Below, piece by piece: positions 38,834 to 51,892 of a DNA stretch of 64,000 nt (its first letter is position 1; every line of letters starts with the position of its first letter). A model generated the notes under the pieces. It saw only the letters and a list, made by a program, of their open reading frames with translations. It was not told where the DNA came from and searched no databases. The DNA lies in contig OX597814.1 of NCBI GenBank assembly GCA_951406725.2, positions 199,516,001-199,580,000 of the forward strand, read 5' to 3'. Source of the stretch: Octopus vulgaris. Taxonomy: Eukaryota. The position numbers and the translations under genes are program-made.

Positions 38834-38986
38834 CAGTTTTAATCGAAAATAATCTCTCGGCACTTTGTTTTGTACATATTTTATCAACCATCGCAGGAGG
38901 GAAAATCGATGTGAGCGTAAAGTATCATAAATAATTTCGTACAGTGTTTGTTTGACACTGAGCAAATTCAAACTTTCTTCCCTTTA

Positions 38987-39038
<52 letters not shown>

Positions 39039-39039
39039 G

Positions 39040-39232
39040 ATCCCGGGTTGAGTCGGGGTTAACCACAGTAAATAAGGTACTCAATACATAGCAGAGTAAG
39101 TTAATTTATTTTATAGAAGGAGTTTCTACAGGACTAGAACTGTTTCATTCAAAAGAAATCATCAGGATGCTTCCTGATGATTTCTTTTGAATGAAACAGT
39201 TATAGTCCTGTAGAAGCTCCTTCTATAAAATA

Positions 39233-39233
<1 letters not shown>
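39040..39233. mobile_element. Fold-back pLTR-like element between (TA)n tracts (arms 39106-39167 / 39172-39233)
   Basis: 62-bp near-perfect inverted repeat with a 4-nt loop; the left arm extends further to ~39040. Confidence 0.8.
39165..39220 (+). ncRNA. Type-I hammerhead ribozyme, canonical core
   Basis: GGA(T)GCTTC-CTGATGA-T-TTC-TTTT-GAA-T-GAAA-CAG-TTATAGTC-CTG-TA-GAAGC-TCC; GUA cleavage triplet. Confidence 0.8.
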
Positions 39234-39268
<35 letters not shown>

Positions 39269-40139
39269 TTGTGTGTGGGTTTGATAAAGTAAGTAGTACG
39301 CAAAGTAATGATGGGGTATATTCGATTAAAGTCGTTGAAGGTGTGGCCTTGTGAAATATTGTCATGTTCATTCGGTTTAAGAATCACATCTAGAGTATAA
39401 GTATAGTATTTAACCTAACATGTTAATTTAACGAGTAGGTTTTTCAGTTTATCGAACAACTGAGTGTCCATCGTGAAACCTGATATTATCATCATCATCA
39501 TCTATGAATGCGCGTGTGTTTATACATACATCATGTACATAAGTGATAGAGACAGAATACAAATACTCAAATAATTTAGAGACGTGTTGCCCTTGGAGAA
39601 ACTGAATGAATTATAAAACTATAAACAGAATTCATTTTTCTTGTATTTGAAATTACTGTGATACCTTGAAATATTTCAGTGAAGAAGCCAAATATCCTGA
39701 AGCAAATAACGATTTATTTTGTCTCGGCACAATGCCAAAATATGTTGCGGAGAAGTGAAAGTCAGTCGATGGAATACGCTATAATAAGAGACGAAATGAG
39801 ATGCAGTAAAGCAGCAAAACCCGCTTCACAAGGATCGAAGCAATACCCATCGCTATTATAATTTTAATAGTTTTTTTTTTCTTCTTTTACATAAACTGCT
39901 TTAGGTTTACGCTCAAATTGTATTTCGTATGAATCTCTTTTCCTATGTTAGATGGGAATATTTTCTGTAAAATATTGATGATTACTGATAATATAGCTGG
40001 TAGAGAGCATTATTTGAAAGAGAAGCACATGGATTCATACTGTATCCGTATATAGATATATATATATATATAGATACATTTATATATATATAGATATAGA
40101 TATATATGTAGATAAATAGATATATATGTAGATAAATAG

Positions 40140-40179
<40 letters not shown>

Positions 40180-40949
40180 GTAAGTAAACAAATGTAATTT
40201 CATCTTGTTATTCTCCCGAGATGAACAGATGTAAAAGAGAGGAGATTATCCTGACACGTTTCATTAATAAAACCCTTTCATTACCCTCTCCACGAATAAA
40301 ACTGAATATCGAACGCTTTTTAAATCAAGTACAAACTGGAAAGTGGTTGAAATGTCGTCCCTAATGTATATATGGTTAATCTGTCGGCCTTATAACAGTG
40401 TTATTAAAACTTATTGCATAGATGTTATCTTTCTACATGTTGCTTAGGGAAGGTAACAATTATGCAAAACCTCCAGTTCATAAAGCAGCTTCTTGTTGCC
40501 TTCGTACTATTTTATCAGGGTAGTACTCTTCAGAGAGCACGTTCCACTCACACCTATACTTGCCAAAAGAACTGAATAGCAATACGATTTTTCACTGATT
40601 CCTTTTATTATATCCTCATAATCAATTCAAGGAAAAAACAGTGGCTAACCAGAATCCTCATTTTACTTGTGAAGGTGGTACCATGTCGTCACTGTTGTCG
40701 TGATTGTTGAAACAGACTGACGAATGAAAACGTGCATTCGTTTGCAGTACCAGACATGCTATAGCACTAAGTGGGTACTTAAGTGTGTGTGTGTGTGTGT
40801 GGTGGTGGTAGGGGTGGTGTTAATATGTTTATGTATACATTTGTTTCTGTATATAGGTATTTACACATAAATACATATCCTGGACGACTGAATTTGTAAG
40901 AATATATTTGTATACGCATACACATATGTCTCTGTGTGTTTGTATGTAT

Positions 40950-41231
<282 letters not shown>

Positions 41232-41568
41232 ACCCCTTGACGGAGTTCTCAGCAGTGACCAGAAAATAGCGCTTCTTGCCAACCTGCGCCAGCACACATA
41301 TATAGAACAGTAAACACACACATGTCTCTAAGTAGATTTTTTCTCGCCCCTTATAATACATCTAATATTCTTTAAATAGACAGAACTTTATTCTCGGTCA
41401 CAAAGAACATCTACACACCCTCACCCACAGGAATGACCGCTGCCTGACCCGTTAAAATCTTCAACCACCGGTTCTCAACATACACTGATAAACAGTTTTG
41501 CCATGGAGCAAAGTTCGATTTGTTTTGCTCCGCCTCTGTTCTGTTTTTGTTTTTTCCAACGGATTTCC

Positions 41569-41661
41569 TATTTCTTCCTGAAGAGAAAGACACAATATGG
41601 TCTCATTATTCAATCGGATTTTGGTAAATTGTGCCTTTCGAAACACGTGTAGAATGAAATA
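41569..41661 (+). ncRNA. Type-I hammerhead ribozyme, canonical core, long stem II
   Basis: TATTTCTTC-CTGAAGA-GAAAGACACAAT..31 nt..ATTGTGCCTTTC-GAAA-CACGTG-TA-GAA(T)GAAATA; stem III palindrome ACACGTGT; followed by AATAAA and (TA)n. Confidence 0.85.
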
Positions 41662-41707
41662 AAACGATTTCTGTTCAATCTTCGTTCAGCTCCATTTCTT
41701 CAATTCA

Positions 41708-41801
<94 letters not shown>

Positions 41802-41887
41802 TTAAAATGGGACAGTTTTGGTGAAGCATTGGGAGGTACAACTTTAAAGAATGTAGCCGGAAGATTGCGAGAAAGTACAAATTAAAT

Positions 41888-42115
41888 TACAAAAGGAAAA
41901 GAAAACAGAACAAAGTTGCAGTTTTACCTTGTATTTCTATATTTCGGAGTGAAGACCCCTTCTTCAGAATATTTGGAAATGTAATGGTTGGAAAAGGTTT
42001 GCTCACAGCAACAACCTTTTCCAGCCACCACTTTTCCGAATATCCTTCTTCACTCCCAAATGTAAAAATGCAAGGTAAAACTGCAGCTTTGTTCTGTTTT
42101 CTTTTCTTTTTTGTA
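41888..42115 (-). mobile_element. Fold-back element with an HHR motif (41932-41973, minus) in one arm
   Basis: Arms 41888-41999 / 42013-42115; minus strand TATT-CTGAAGA-A-GGGGT-CTTC-ACTCC-GAAA-TA-TA-GAAATA. Confidence 0.7.
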
Positions 42116-42583
42116 GTTTCAAGTGTGTGTGTGTGTGTGTAATATTGTAGAAGGACGATCACAATATAGAGCCAATGTCTAGAACCCTGCTTGTTTGGTT
42201 ATACTTCAAAGTTGTGTATTATCCGAAGAATAAATAAGTTACTTATTTGATCACTTTTCTGAAGTTCTATTAGGACTAATCTAAACAAAGATTATAAATA
42301 GAAAATAAATGTGGAAATAATTTTGATCCATACTCCAAACATTTTTAGATGTATTTTATTCACAATTATATGCCGTATAAACAAATAACTTATATACAAA
42401 TTTTTCATATCTCTGTAAAGAGAATTCACAAAAATCTAAGACTATAGATTTTATCAATCAAAATATAACTTGATTATTTACTAAATAAAACTTTCGTAAT
42501 CCATACGTAGCTTTACATTTATTTAATATAACTCTTAAGCGGTAGCACTTTCATGTGTACAGTACTCATATAGTGCTCCTTAG

Positions 42584-42973
42584 TGATGCGTAGTGGCCCA
42601 GTGGTTAAGGCAGCGGATTCACGGTCATAGGATCGCGCTTTCGATTTCCAGACGGGGCATTGTGAGTGCTTATTGAGCGAAAACACCTAAAGCTCCATGA
42701 GGCTCCGGCTGGGTAAGGTGGCGAACCCTGCTGTATTCTTTAACCACAACGTTCTCTCACTCTTTCTTCTTGTTTCTGTTGTACTTGTATTTCAAAGGGC
42801 CAGCTTTATTATACACTCTGTCATGCTGATTCTCCCCCGAGAACTACGTTAAGGGTACACGTATCTGTAGAGTGCTCGGCCACTTGCGCGTTAATTTCAC
42901 GAGCAGGCTTTTCCGTTGATCGGATCAACTGGAACCATCGTCGTCGCATCCGACAGAGGGCCACGACGACGAA
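42584..42973 (+). mobile_element. SINE family C
   Basis: Homologous to 14373-14747; 10-bp TSD TGCTCCTTAG. Confidence 0.9.
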
Positions 42974-43137
42974 TGCTCCTTAGCAGGTTACCAAAACCTT
43001 GTGTGAACTGGTAGTACACCTCAGTCAAAGAGTGGTCCAACTTTGTTAGAAAAAATATGTATATGAGAGTAGTGACTCACACACATGTATACAGTCCGGA
43101 GGCTGTTTTGTAACTTAGATTTTTCTTTGTTGTTCAG

Positions 43138-43211
43138 CCTCTGATGATTTGTCGGTATGTTTATAATGTATGCCTTTATATGACATTGTTGCTAATGAAA
43201 CACTTGTAAGA
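43138..43211 (+). ncRNA. Hammerhead-like motif, intact core with decayed stems
   Basis: CT-CTGATGA-(49-nt imperfect hairpin)-GAAA-CACTTG-TA-AG, then AATAAA at 43220 and a microsatellite. Confidence 0.55.
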
Positions 43212-43252
43212 ATGTATTGAATAAACGTAAAAATCTATCTCCACATTTGATT

Positions 43253-43328
<76 letters not shown>

Positions 43329-43354
43329 TAGAGAGAGACATATAGACACATATG

Positions 43355-43477
43355 TACTCCCTTTCTGTAGAAGAGCGTAGGCTCGAAACGTAAGACTTTT
43401 TCAATTCCTGAGCGTTATACTGATACATCTGTTTGTTTTGTACACCACCTGCCTTCGTCTTTTGTGAACTCTCCCTA
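43355..43477 (+). mobile_element. Short element with an HHR-like A6U-variant motif (43361-43395) between (TA)n tracts
   Basis: TTT-CTGTAGA-A-GAGC-GTAG-GCTC-GAAA-CG-TA-AGA; same family as 11830-11982. Confidence 0.6.
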
Positions 43478-43562
43478 TGTATATACATATATATACATAT
43501 ATATGTATATATATATATATATATACACACATATATATGTATATATATATATATATATACAC

Positions 43563-43595
<33 letters not shown>

Positions 43596-43596
43596 G

Positions 43597-43627
<31 letters not shown>

Positions 43628-46184
43628 TATATGTACACCCATATCTACACGTGTGTCTCTTGTACAGAGCAGCTGTGGAGGGAGTTGACATCTATATTTA
43701 TACTTATTCTCACCTCATAATAATTCTCTTCATTTTTGCAAATACTTCATTTTAGTAAATACAGATATTTTTCTCTTTTCGCTACCGAAGAATCCTATTG
43801 CTCTTTATCATCCAACTACTGCAATAGAAAGTGTGTTGCCTCATTTTCAATCGATTGCGCTCCGAACTATATCTTTTTATTTATGTATTTGCTAAGAACT
43901 CTAGAAAAGGAATTGATTATGCAAGCAAAGATAAATTCTCCACCTTGCAAGAAACATCTGAATTATATCAGGCAATGAAATTATTTAAAATGAGATTTGA
44001 AATCTTTCTAAGCAATGCATTTGAAAAGTGAATACGTCTCTATTGATCTCTACTCTCACAGCAGTTTTCTCTGGATTCCTGTTTTCTTTTCTTATTTTAT
44101 TTTTCATCATTGCATATCGTTTCCTTCATAGGTTTCTCGAGAGCTCTTATTAAATGGAAATGAAACAACAAAGAATTATCAAGATGTTTATAAAAATGTG
44201 TTACACTTTTGAAGTAGTTCATATTTCAAGTTAAGTTTGCGACACTTGCTTTTTGTTATTTGGTACTGATTATGTGTTTTCGTTGAATATATTTTTAGAA
44301 AGAATTTTTCTGCAATATTTAATGGGTTGAAATACTACACACTTAAACATACATTTTATATGCTTATGTACACCATTTTTTAAAAATTTATTTCCTGCGA
44401 ATGAAATTTTATACATAATTAATAATGCTGGTTTTAGATGTTAGAATTCTAAAATGATATCAAAGAAACATTACTTTGGTCAAATTCCCTTGACAATAAC
44501 CTGATACAGAATTTACTGGAGGTAAGTTAGAAATCCCCACGTGGCCTCTCAGGCTGTAGCAAAACCCTGAAATCTTTATAGATGAAGGATACATTTGATA
44601 AAGATATCCGAAGTGTCTTATGACTGAAAGAGAAAAGCCGGATCAGCAAAGTTGGAACTTTTACGATGATAAATTTTCTCGATTAAAAGTGATCTGGAAC
44701 TAAATAATGAGAACGGCATGTCCTGTAAATACCAGCATCTTCTGAATGAATGCACTGATATTGTATATTTGTGTATATATTGTCATCCAATTGCTAATCA
44801 TTTTCTTTCTTGAAGTTGTCTTTTTGCCTTTATTGAATACCCTATCTGGCTCATTCATATTAATTTTTCTATTGCGTTCGAATTCTTTTATTAACGTGAA
44901 ACGCCTACGGTTTTAGGAAAACTCTATAATTCTTATGGTTTCAGCATCAATCGAAGGATGTTTTTAAATACATCTAACAGCTGAGTGTATACTTTGCTTC
45001 CAGTGGGGGAAACTTAAGGGGAAAAAATGAAGCTTCTCTGAACAACAAAAGAAGCTATACTTTGTCGAACATATTGTTAGAAATATCTGCTAAATTTACC
45101 TCGATTCGCTCATTTCCAACTTCCACAAAAATGACATATTGGCGAAAGTAGTTTTTGATACAATATATCTGAAAAAAGAAAGACTTTGATCTTATGTCTT
45201 ACAAGGTTAAAACTGAACTGTGTTTCAACAAGAAAAACAAATTACATGTTTTATCGCTGTCATAACATTGTAGATAGAATATATTGTTCTGATTTGAACT
45301 CTATACTACAAAAGATTCTTTAAATAACACGTGCCAATTAAAATTTATTAGAATTTATGGTAAACACTTTTGTAAAATATAAAGTCTATGGTATTTAGTT
45401 CCTTGAACTCTGGCGATATTTTTTTTTTTCCAACTTCTGCACTCGGGAAAATAAAGTGAAGTATATCAATTTATTCCCCTTGCTTTGTGGGAAAAGTGTA
45501 TTTCGGTATTTATTACAATCACAACAGAATCCAGAAATCCTCCCGAACTACACCTTGCTGTTCATCTTTGAAATATTGAAAACAGTATATCTTCCCTCTA
45601 AACACTACTAACATTTATAGGCTCTACCTATTTACCCCAGGGGTATTGTGAAAATTAGCATCCTGAAATGGCCAAAATATTATTGTCCCAAACAAAATGC
45701 ATTGTATTAAAACGAACCAGCATCTGACTCGTGTAGGTTTTGTCCTCCCAATCCCGCCCGGAAAAACGTAATAGTCATATTCTGATGTCAAATTAATCGT
45801 CTGTATTTTTGTATCAGATAGTTGTGGCTTTCTGCCCATATGAAAAATCATTATTAATGCAAAATCAATAGACTTCTATGACAGATTGATTACGCATAGT
45901 TTATATTTTTATCACATTACATTTTAAGTGAAAACAAACTATTAAGAGGTATTGCAGAAAATAAACTCGAATTTTTTGTATTTTATTTTTTCTCGTATAC
46001 TAAAGTAAATTTCATAAGTTTTTCTCATTTTCCTTTTGATATTTCTATTTGATTTTCTTTTAACTTTACGAGAAAATAAAACGTTCACCCTGAAGATTGC
46101 TTTTCTAATATAAAACCAATTTGATGATAGGGATAAAATTATTCTCAGTTTAATGTCATTTAGATTTAAGATGTATAAAATTTC

Positions 46185-46226
<42 letters not shown>

Positions 46227-46228
<2 letters not shown>

Positions 46229-47255
46229 CACTGTATCACATCGACCTTCGGCTTTTGTTATAACATCGCTGGTCACAAAGCACTTCCAGCTCTTTCTTGA
46301 TTGCACCATTCTTTATTTAACGAAATCGTTTTCCCATCACCGTGGAGGCTTTTCAAGAGGCCTTTCGCGATCTCTCGGATACCACTCGGCAATTGCACGG
46401 GTTCACCTTTTGTCTGTGAACTAAGAGACATGTCTGGCTCAGCGAAACTTATACATTTAATAGTTTGCGATCACAGAATTCACTCCGTTCTCGAATTACT
46501 TTATTTCGGATATGCTCGTAATATAATCCTACAATGACTCTGTCCATAACTCGTTCCGTCGTTGCCAATCAATGTCCTTCGTAGTAGACAACGTTTAACT
46601 TGCTTACAAGAGCGCATATAGAACGGTGTCATTGAAGAGTGTGGCGAGTAGGGTCTGTCCAGCTTTGCTTTGAGCTCATGCTTTATGGAGGTAAGTATCC
46701 TGCTTTAACTACCTCGAGATTTCAGCATTTCTGTCTCGGCGCATGTTCATTGCATGCCCTAAGTAGATCTACTCTTTTAGCTCCTAGATTTCATCGCTTC
46801 CTGCCTCTGTTCGGTGCTATGTTTTGGGACTGCTTGCAATTTGTTTTCTTGTGGTTCATTTTAAGGCCTACTGATAAACTATGGTTGTCCAGTTTCGTCA
46901 GCATGGTCTGCAGTTGATCTGTGATTTCGGCGATGAATACGATGTTACTTACGAACAATCAGAGTTAGTTATGTTAGTATCTATGAAGAGAGAGTAATTT
47001 ATTTTTGACGCCCTTCTCAATTGGAGCTTTTAACTGGAGGCGACGACAGACCTATATCAGTGGAGCACCCTGCCTTCGCATCCCTGAGCAACGGTCGACG
47101 GTCTTTTTGTAGTCGATGAATGTGATTCTCAAAAGCAGCTTGTATTTTTTCGCTCGTTCTATAAGCGGTGTCGGAGTGAATATGTGATCGATCGTACTGT
47201 ATTTCTTACTGAAACCTGCTTGCTCCCTCGTCAGCTGGTCATCGGGAATACCTGA
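46227..47255 (-). pseudogene. Decayed RTE-clade LINE (RT and C-terminal fragments)
   Basis: EQAGFSKKYSTIDHIFT..LIERAKKYKL..FIDYKKTVD, VGLKMNHKKT and AIAEWYPRDRERPLEKPPR. Confidence 0.85.
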
Positions 47256-47852
47256 ATACCCGCCCACCCCAATTATCGTACATGTGTGTATGTGTAGTCA
47301 AGAGGTACGTATTGTCAGTAACATTAAACCCAGTTTAAAATTTATGACTTCTAATGTATAACACACCTAATCAGCTATTAATGCGAAGTACTTTTCAAAT
47401 ATTTTATGCTGCATGTTAACAAATTCCCACTATGTTTTTTTTTTTTTAATCCTAAGAAATAGTTTACATTTTTCTTATCTGCTATTCAACAGCTAATTGA
47501 AGCAGAATGTAATGTTCTATGAGTTAAGAGTTTCGGAAATATGATAGATATGAGTCTCCTGCCAGGAACACATCGTCTTTCGGAGATTGCGATTTATTGA
47601 ATAATGCTTCTGAATTTGTGTCACGATTTCTGTTTAGTTATTTCAGAGACTGTTGCATGTATATTATTCAGTACTTAAGTATCTCCTTAAGTGTCTGTAC
47701 AGGTAGAAACATTTTCACGGGTAGTTATTAAACTACAATCTCGAAATATAATTTTGATATTTTTCAGTTGTTTGACATTGTTAAATTCGCTGAATTATGA
47801 ATCTAAATCTTTAAAATAAATAACTTCTCTTTTCATGAATAACAAAAAGGAA

Positions 47853-48196
47853 ATTCTGTTGTGTCTGGGGAGAGTCATTTTCTTTTTGTGCCTTATTATG
47901 TAACACACTCACCAATAAAATTTCCACTTATTTCTTATTTTTATTTTCCTAAAATTTTCGTTGCGTCTTGCAACCTTTTCAATAGTCTTGACTATTGACA
48001 ATTGACAATTGACAAGGTTGCAAGACGCAACGGCAATTTTAGGAAAATAAAAATAAGAAAAAAAGTGGAAATTTTACCGGTGTGTGTGTTACATTATAAG
48101 GCACAAAAAGAAAATGGCTCTCCTCAGACACAACAGAATATGCTTCAACACACGAATTCATATAAAGAATCTTGCAAACCAAATCCAAAAACGAAA
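47853..48196. mobile_element. Fold-back element with an HHR-like U3-A8 motif (47949-47985, minus); same family as 789-1112
   Basis: Centre CAATAGTC-TT-GACTATTG; minus strand CTA-TTGAAAA-G-GTTGC-AAGAC-GCAAC-GAAA-AT-TT-TAG. Confidence 0.75.
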
Positions 48197-48862
48197 AATG
48201 AAATTCATGTTATGATAAATGTGGAAGATATATTATATGAACACAAGACAATAGGAATGTCAAAAGTTGTGCACAGTTCCGTGAGATTATTTGAAGTTAT
48301 TGAAACTAGTTGAAGCTGAGGTATCTCCGGGCTACAAATCTCTAATAGATCAAGGCTGGTAAAAATATCGACAGAGCTAAATTTGAGAAAACATTCATAT
48401 ATTGGGAAGCATCCCTTTGACATTAAATGCGCAGTCGATAAAAAGTATCATTCATTCGTTGATATCTTGCATGAGCGCTAAAGAGTTGGCAGAAAACTCT
48501 TGGTAAGCCTGATCTGGTACATATTGACTTAATTCTTGATTATAGCATTTCTTTTGACAGTTACACCACCTGTAAATGACATTACAACTTAGGAAACATT
48601 CCAGTATTGTCTTGTATTGGAAAGAGTATCGTATTTTTGCGATTAAAACTTAGCAATGTATTTAAAAGAAAAATCCGTGTGTTCTGTGAAAACCTAACAT
48701 GTGGTTTTCTTTAACATAAGCCGCCTTAAACAATAATATAAACATTCCCTAAAACCAATATTTTCACTTTAACGTTGTATAGAAATCCATTTGTTTATTT
48801 TCAATATTTACTTTTACTATGCCATACAAAAAGAAATAATTGAGTTTGGTGAATGATGCTGG

Positions 48863-49120
48863 TACTCTTTTAGTCTTCTACTTGTTTCAGTCATTTGACT
48901 GTGGCCATACTGGAGCACCGCCTGTTAGTCGAGCAAGTCGACCCCAGGACTTATCCTTTGTAAGCCTGGTACTTATTCTATCGGTCTTTTTTACCGAACC
49001 GTTAAGTTACGGGTACATAAACATACCAACATCGGTTTCAAGCGATGTTGGGGGGGGGGGACATACACACAAACATATACACACACATATACACATACAT
49101 ACATACATACATATACATAT

Positions 49121-49165
<45 letters not shown>

Positions 49166-49340
49166 CATACATACACATGACTTGCTTCTTTCAGTTTCCG
49201 TTTAACAAATCCACTCACAAGGCTTTGGTCGGCCCGAGGCTATAGTAGAAGTCACTTGCCCAAGGTGCCACGCAGTGAGACTGAACCCGGAACCATGTGG
49301 TTTGTAAGCAAGCTACTTACCACACAGCCACTCCTACGCC
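48863..49340 (-). mobile_element. SINE family A
   Basis: Reverse complement of the family A consensus. Confidence 0.9.
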
Positions 49341-50933
49341 TATGTAAACTGTTTTATTATCATTGGAAAACGGTACACAATTTGGAGAAGGGTGTACTTG
49401 ACTGAATAAGCTCTATTACCTGCCTGGAAATTCTTCAGTTATCGTTTAAGGAACAAATAGAAAATAGAAAAATAGAAAACTGCCGTGCAGAAAAGTACCC
49501 TTTCTTTTATGTCACCCAAGAACATTTACCAATAAGAAGACCCTTACGTGATCGCTTAACTTACTCCAAGTACGGCTAAATCTACCCCAAATCACATCTG
49601 CTATCCTAAAATAAGGAAAATATGCATTAAATAATGTAGGACTGCACACTCGTAAAAGGAGGTGATAGCCACGATCGAAATGCTTTTGATCATGCTTTCA
49701 GTCAAAGCTGATCTAGAAACTAAATACCAGCATACCAGCTATATAAAAATAAATATCAAGGATTGTATTCAATCTTTTCCTAATTATTCACATTTTCCCA
49801 TGTTCATGGAAAGAAGTATAGATCAAAGAATCCGAACCGGCACAAACCATGCAAAAGTCAACATTTTATAACTTTTCGGCATACTTCTCTAAACATATCT
49901 GAAGTTTTAGTTGGCTATATAAATTTTGTATTGAAATGGATATTTGACATTACAGGTAAAATAAATTACATACCACTATCGCTTTGATACTTACTCTTTG
50001 ATTTACAAACCTTAATTTATTATATTGTTTTTTATTTTTACCAGCCACAGACTTTCTGAAAGTTTATCTAAGAAAATACTTTAAAACTGTACTTATTTCT
50101 GTTCATTTAAAAACTATTACCATAATCATTAAAAGCTGCTTCCAATCAACGCAGAAGAATAATTAGATTTGAATTGTTAACTATCTAAGAATGTTAACGC
50201 TTCTATTAATTATATTTATCTAAGTTTCACACACTGAAAGAAATACAAGCTGAGTTATAAACCTCCTCCAACCAAATTCGTTTTCCGTTCCATCTAATTT
50301 GATCAAATGAGTAGCAATAACATGTAAGTACTTATTTTTTCTTCCAAGAACGGACTTTTGAAGGAACCTCGTTTCTAAGAACAGAAATCATTACTTACAA
50401 TGATTTGATATGATATTTTTTTATAAGCATTTTATTAGAATAATCGAGATCTTAACCCTTAAAAGCGTTTCTAGAAATAACGATTTGGTCTGTTCATTGA
50501 AAATCAATAACGTTTTATGATCCAAATGTCCTGAAATTCACGTATTATTTAGAAAGATAATATTACTGCAAAGTAACATGATTCATTACTATTGCGGATT
50601 AAGGTAATTTATTTTCGTTTTTATCTTAACATGTATCCATGGCAACATTTTCACTAGAAATCATAGACGCACACACACACAGACAAAAAAAAACCGTCGA
50701 AACATAGTCTGTGTCCATTGAACATTACAAATACTTTCACACAGTTATGATGAGAGGATATAAATACAAAGATTTCTTGCTTTTAAGAATGTTAATAGTG
50801 AATAAATGTCACAAGAGTGATATTTGACATAACTACAAATTTGCTACTCGGGTAGTTTGGTTTCAGTCATGTGACTAAAACAATAACTGCAAAGATCAAC
50901 TGCAAATTAATTTAAATATATATTTTCTTCGTA

Positions 50934-51348
50934 AAGGCGGCGAGCTGGCAGAAACGTTAGCACGCCGGGCGAAATGCGTAGCGGTATTTCGTCTGCGTTA
51001 CGTTGTGAATTCAAATTCCGCCGAGGTCGACTTTGCCTTTCATCCTTTCGGGGTCGATAAATTAAGTACCAGTTACGCATTGGGGTCGATGTAATCGACT
51101 TAATACCTATGTCTGTCCTTGTTTATCCCCTCTATGTTTAGCCCCTTGTGAGTAGTAAAGAAATAGGTATTTCGTCTGCCGTTACGTTCTGAGTTCAAAT
51201 TCCGCCGGGGTGGACTTTGCCTTTCATCCTTTCGGGGTCGATAAATTAAGTACCAGTTACGCACTGGGGTCGATGTAATCGACTTAATCCGTTTGTCTGT
51301 CCTTGTTTGTCCCCTCTATGTTTAGTCCCTTGTGGGTAGTAAAGAAAT
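50934..51348 (+). mobile_element. SINE family B partial tandem dimer
   Basis: Full unit 50934-51165 plus head-less unit 51166-51348; flanking repeat AAATATATATTTTCTT(C/T)GTAA at 50914-50934 and 51345-51365. Confidence 0.9.
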
Positions 51349-51779
51349 ATATATTTTCTTTGTAATCATTGATAGGTTTCTCAGAAACAAGATATAAATA
51401 TTATAATGATGCTTGCTTTTTTTAAGGATAATATAATTGCATGCCAAGAGGGGTTGCTAAGATATACAACGAAGAAACTGGTGATTTAAGATAACTTAAA
51501 CTTTCTCATATGCTCGACGTATGTCCAAATATTAATTCAATATTCCACCTTGTATACTTGACGACGTACATATTTAGAGATGCTACAATTCATACTCGTA
51601 GTAGATAACTTTAAATATTCGGTTAAAGCATTTTAAGAAACTGAATTCCATGCTAAGCTGCTAAACTATTTGTTTCTGTGAACCTCGAATATTCCCAGTA
51701 TCCACGCTAAAGCTTACTCTACAACGGTGTTTAATACTCTCTTTCCTAGAGGTGTTGCTAGTTATATTTTTATGTATAA

Positions 51780-51834
<55 letters not shown>

Positions 51835-51892
51835 TTACATATGTATTCCATATAGTATGGCTGTTGACTGGCTAAGTCGTCAGATTCAATAC

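Noticed and set aside
40716-40748. CTGACGA-AT-GAAA motif
   Set aside because: Only 2 nt between the core boxes; it is a simple imperfect hairpin.
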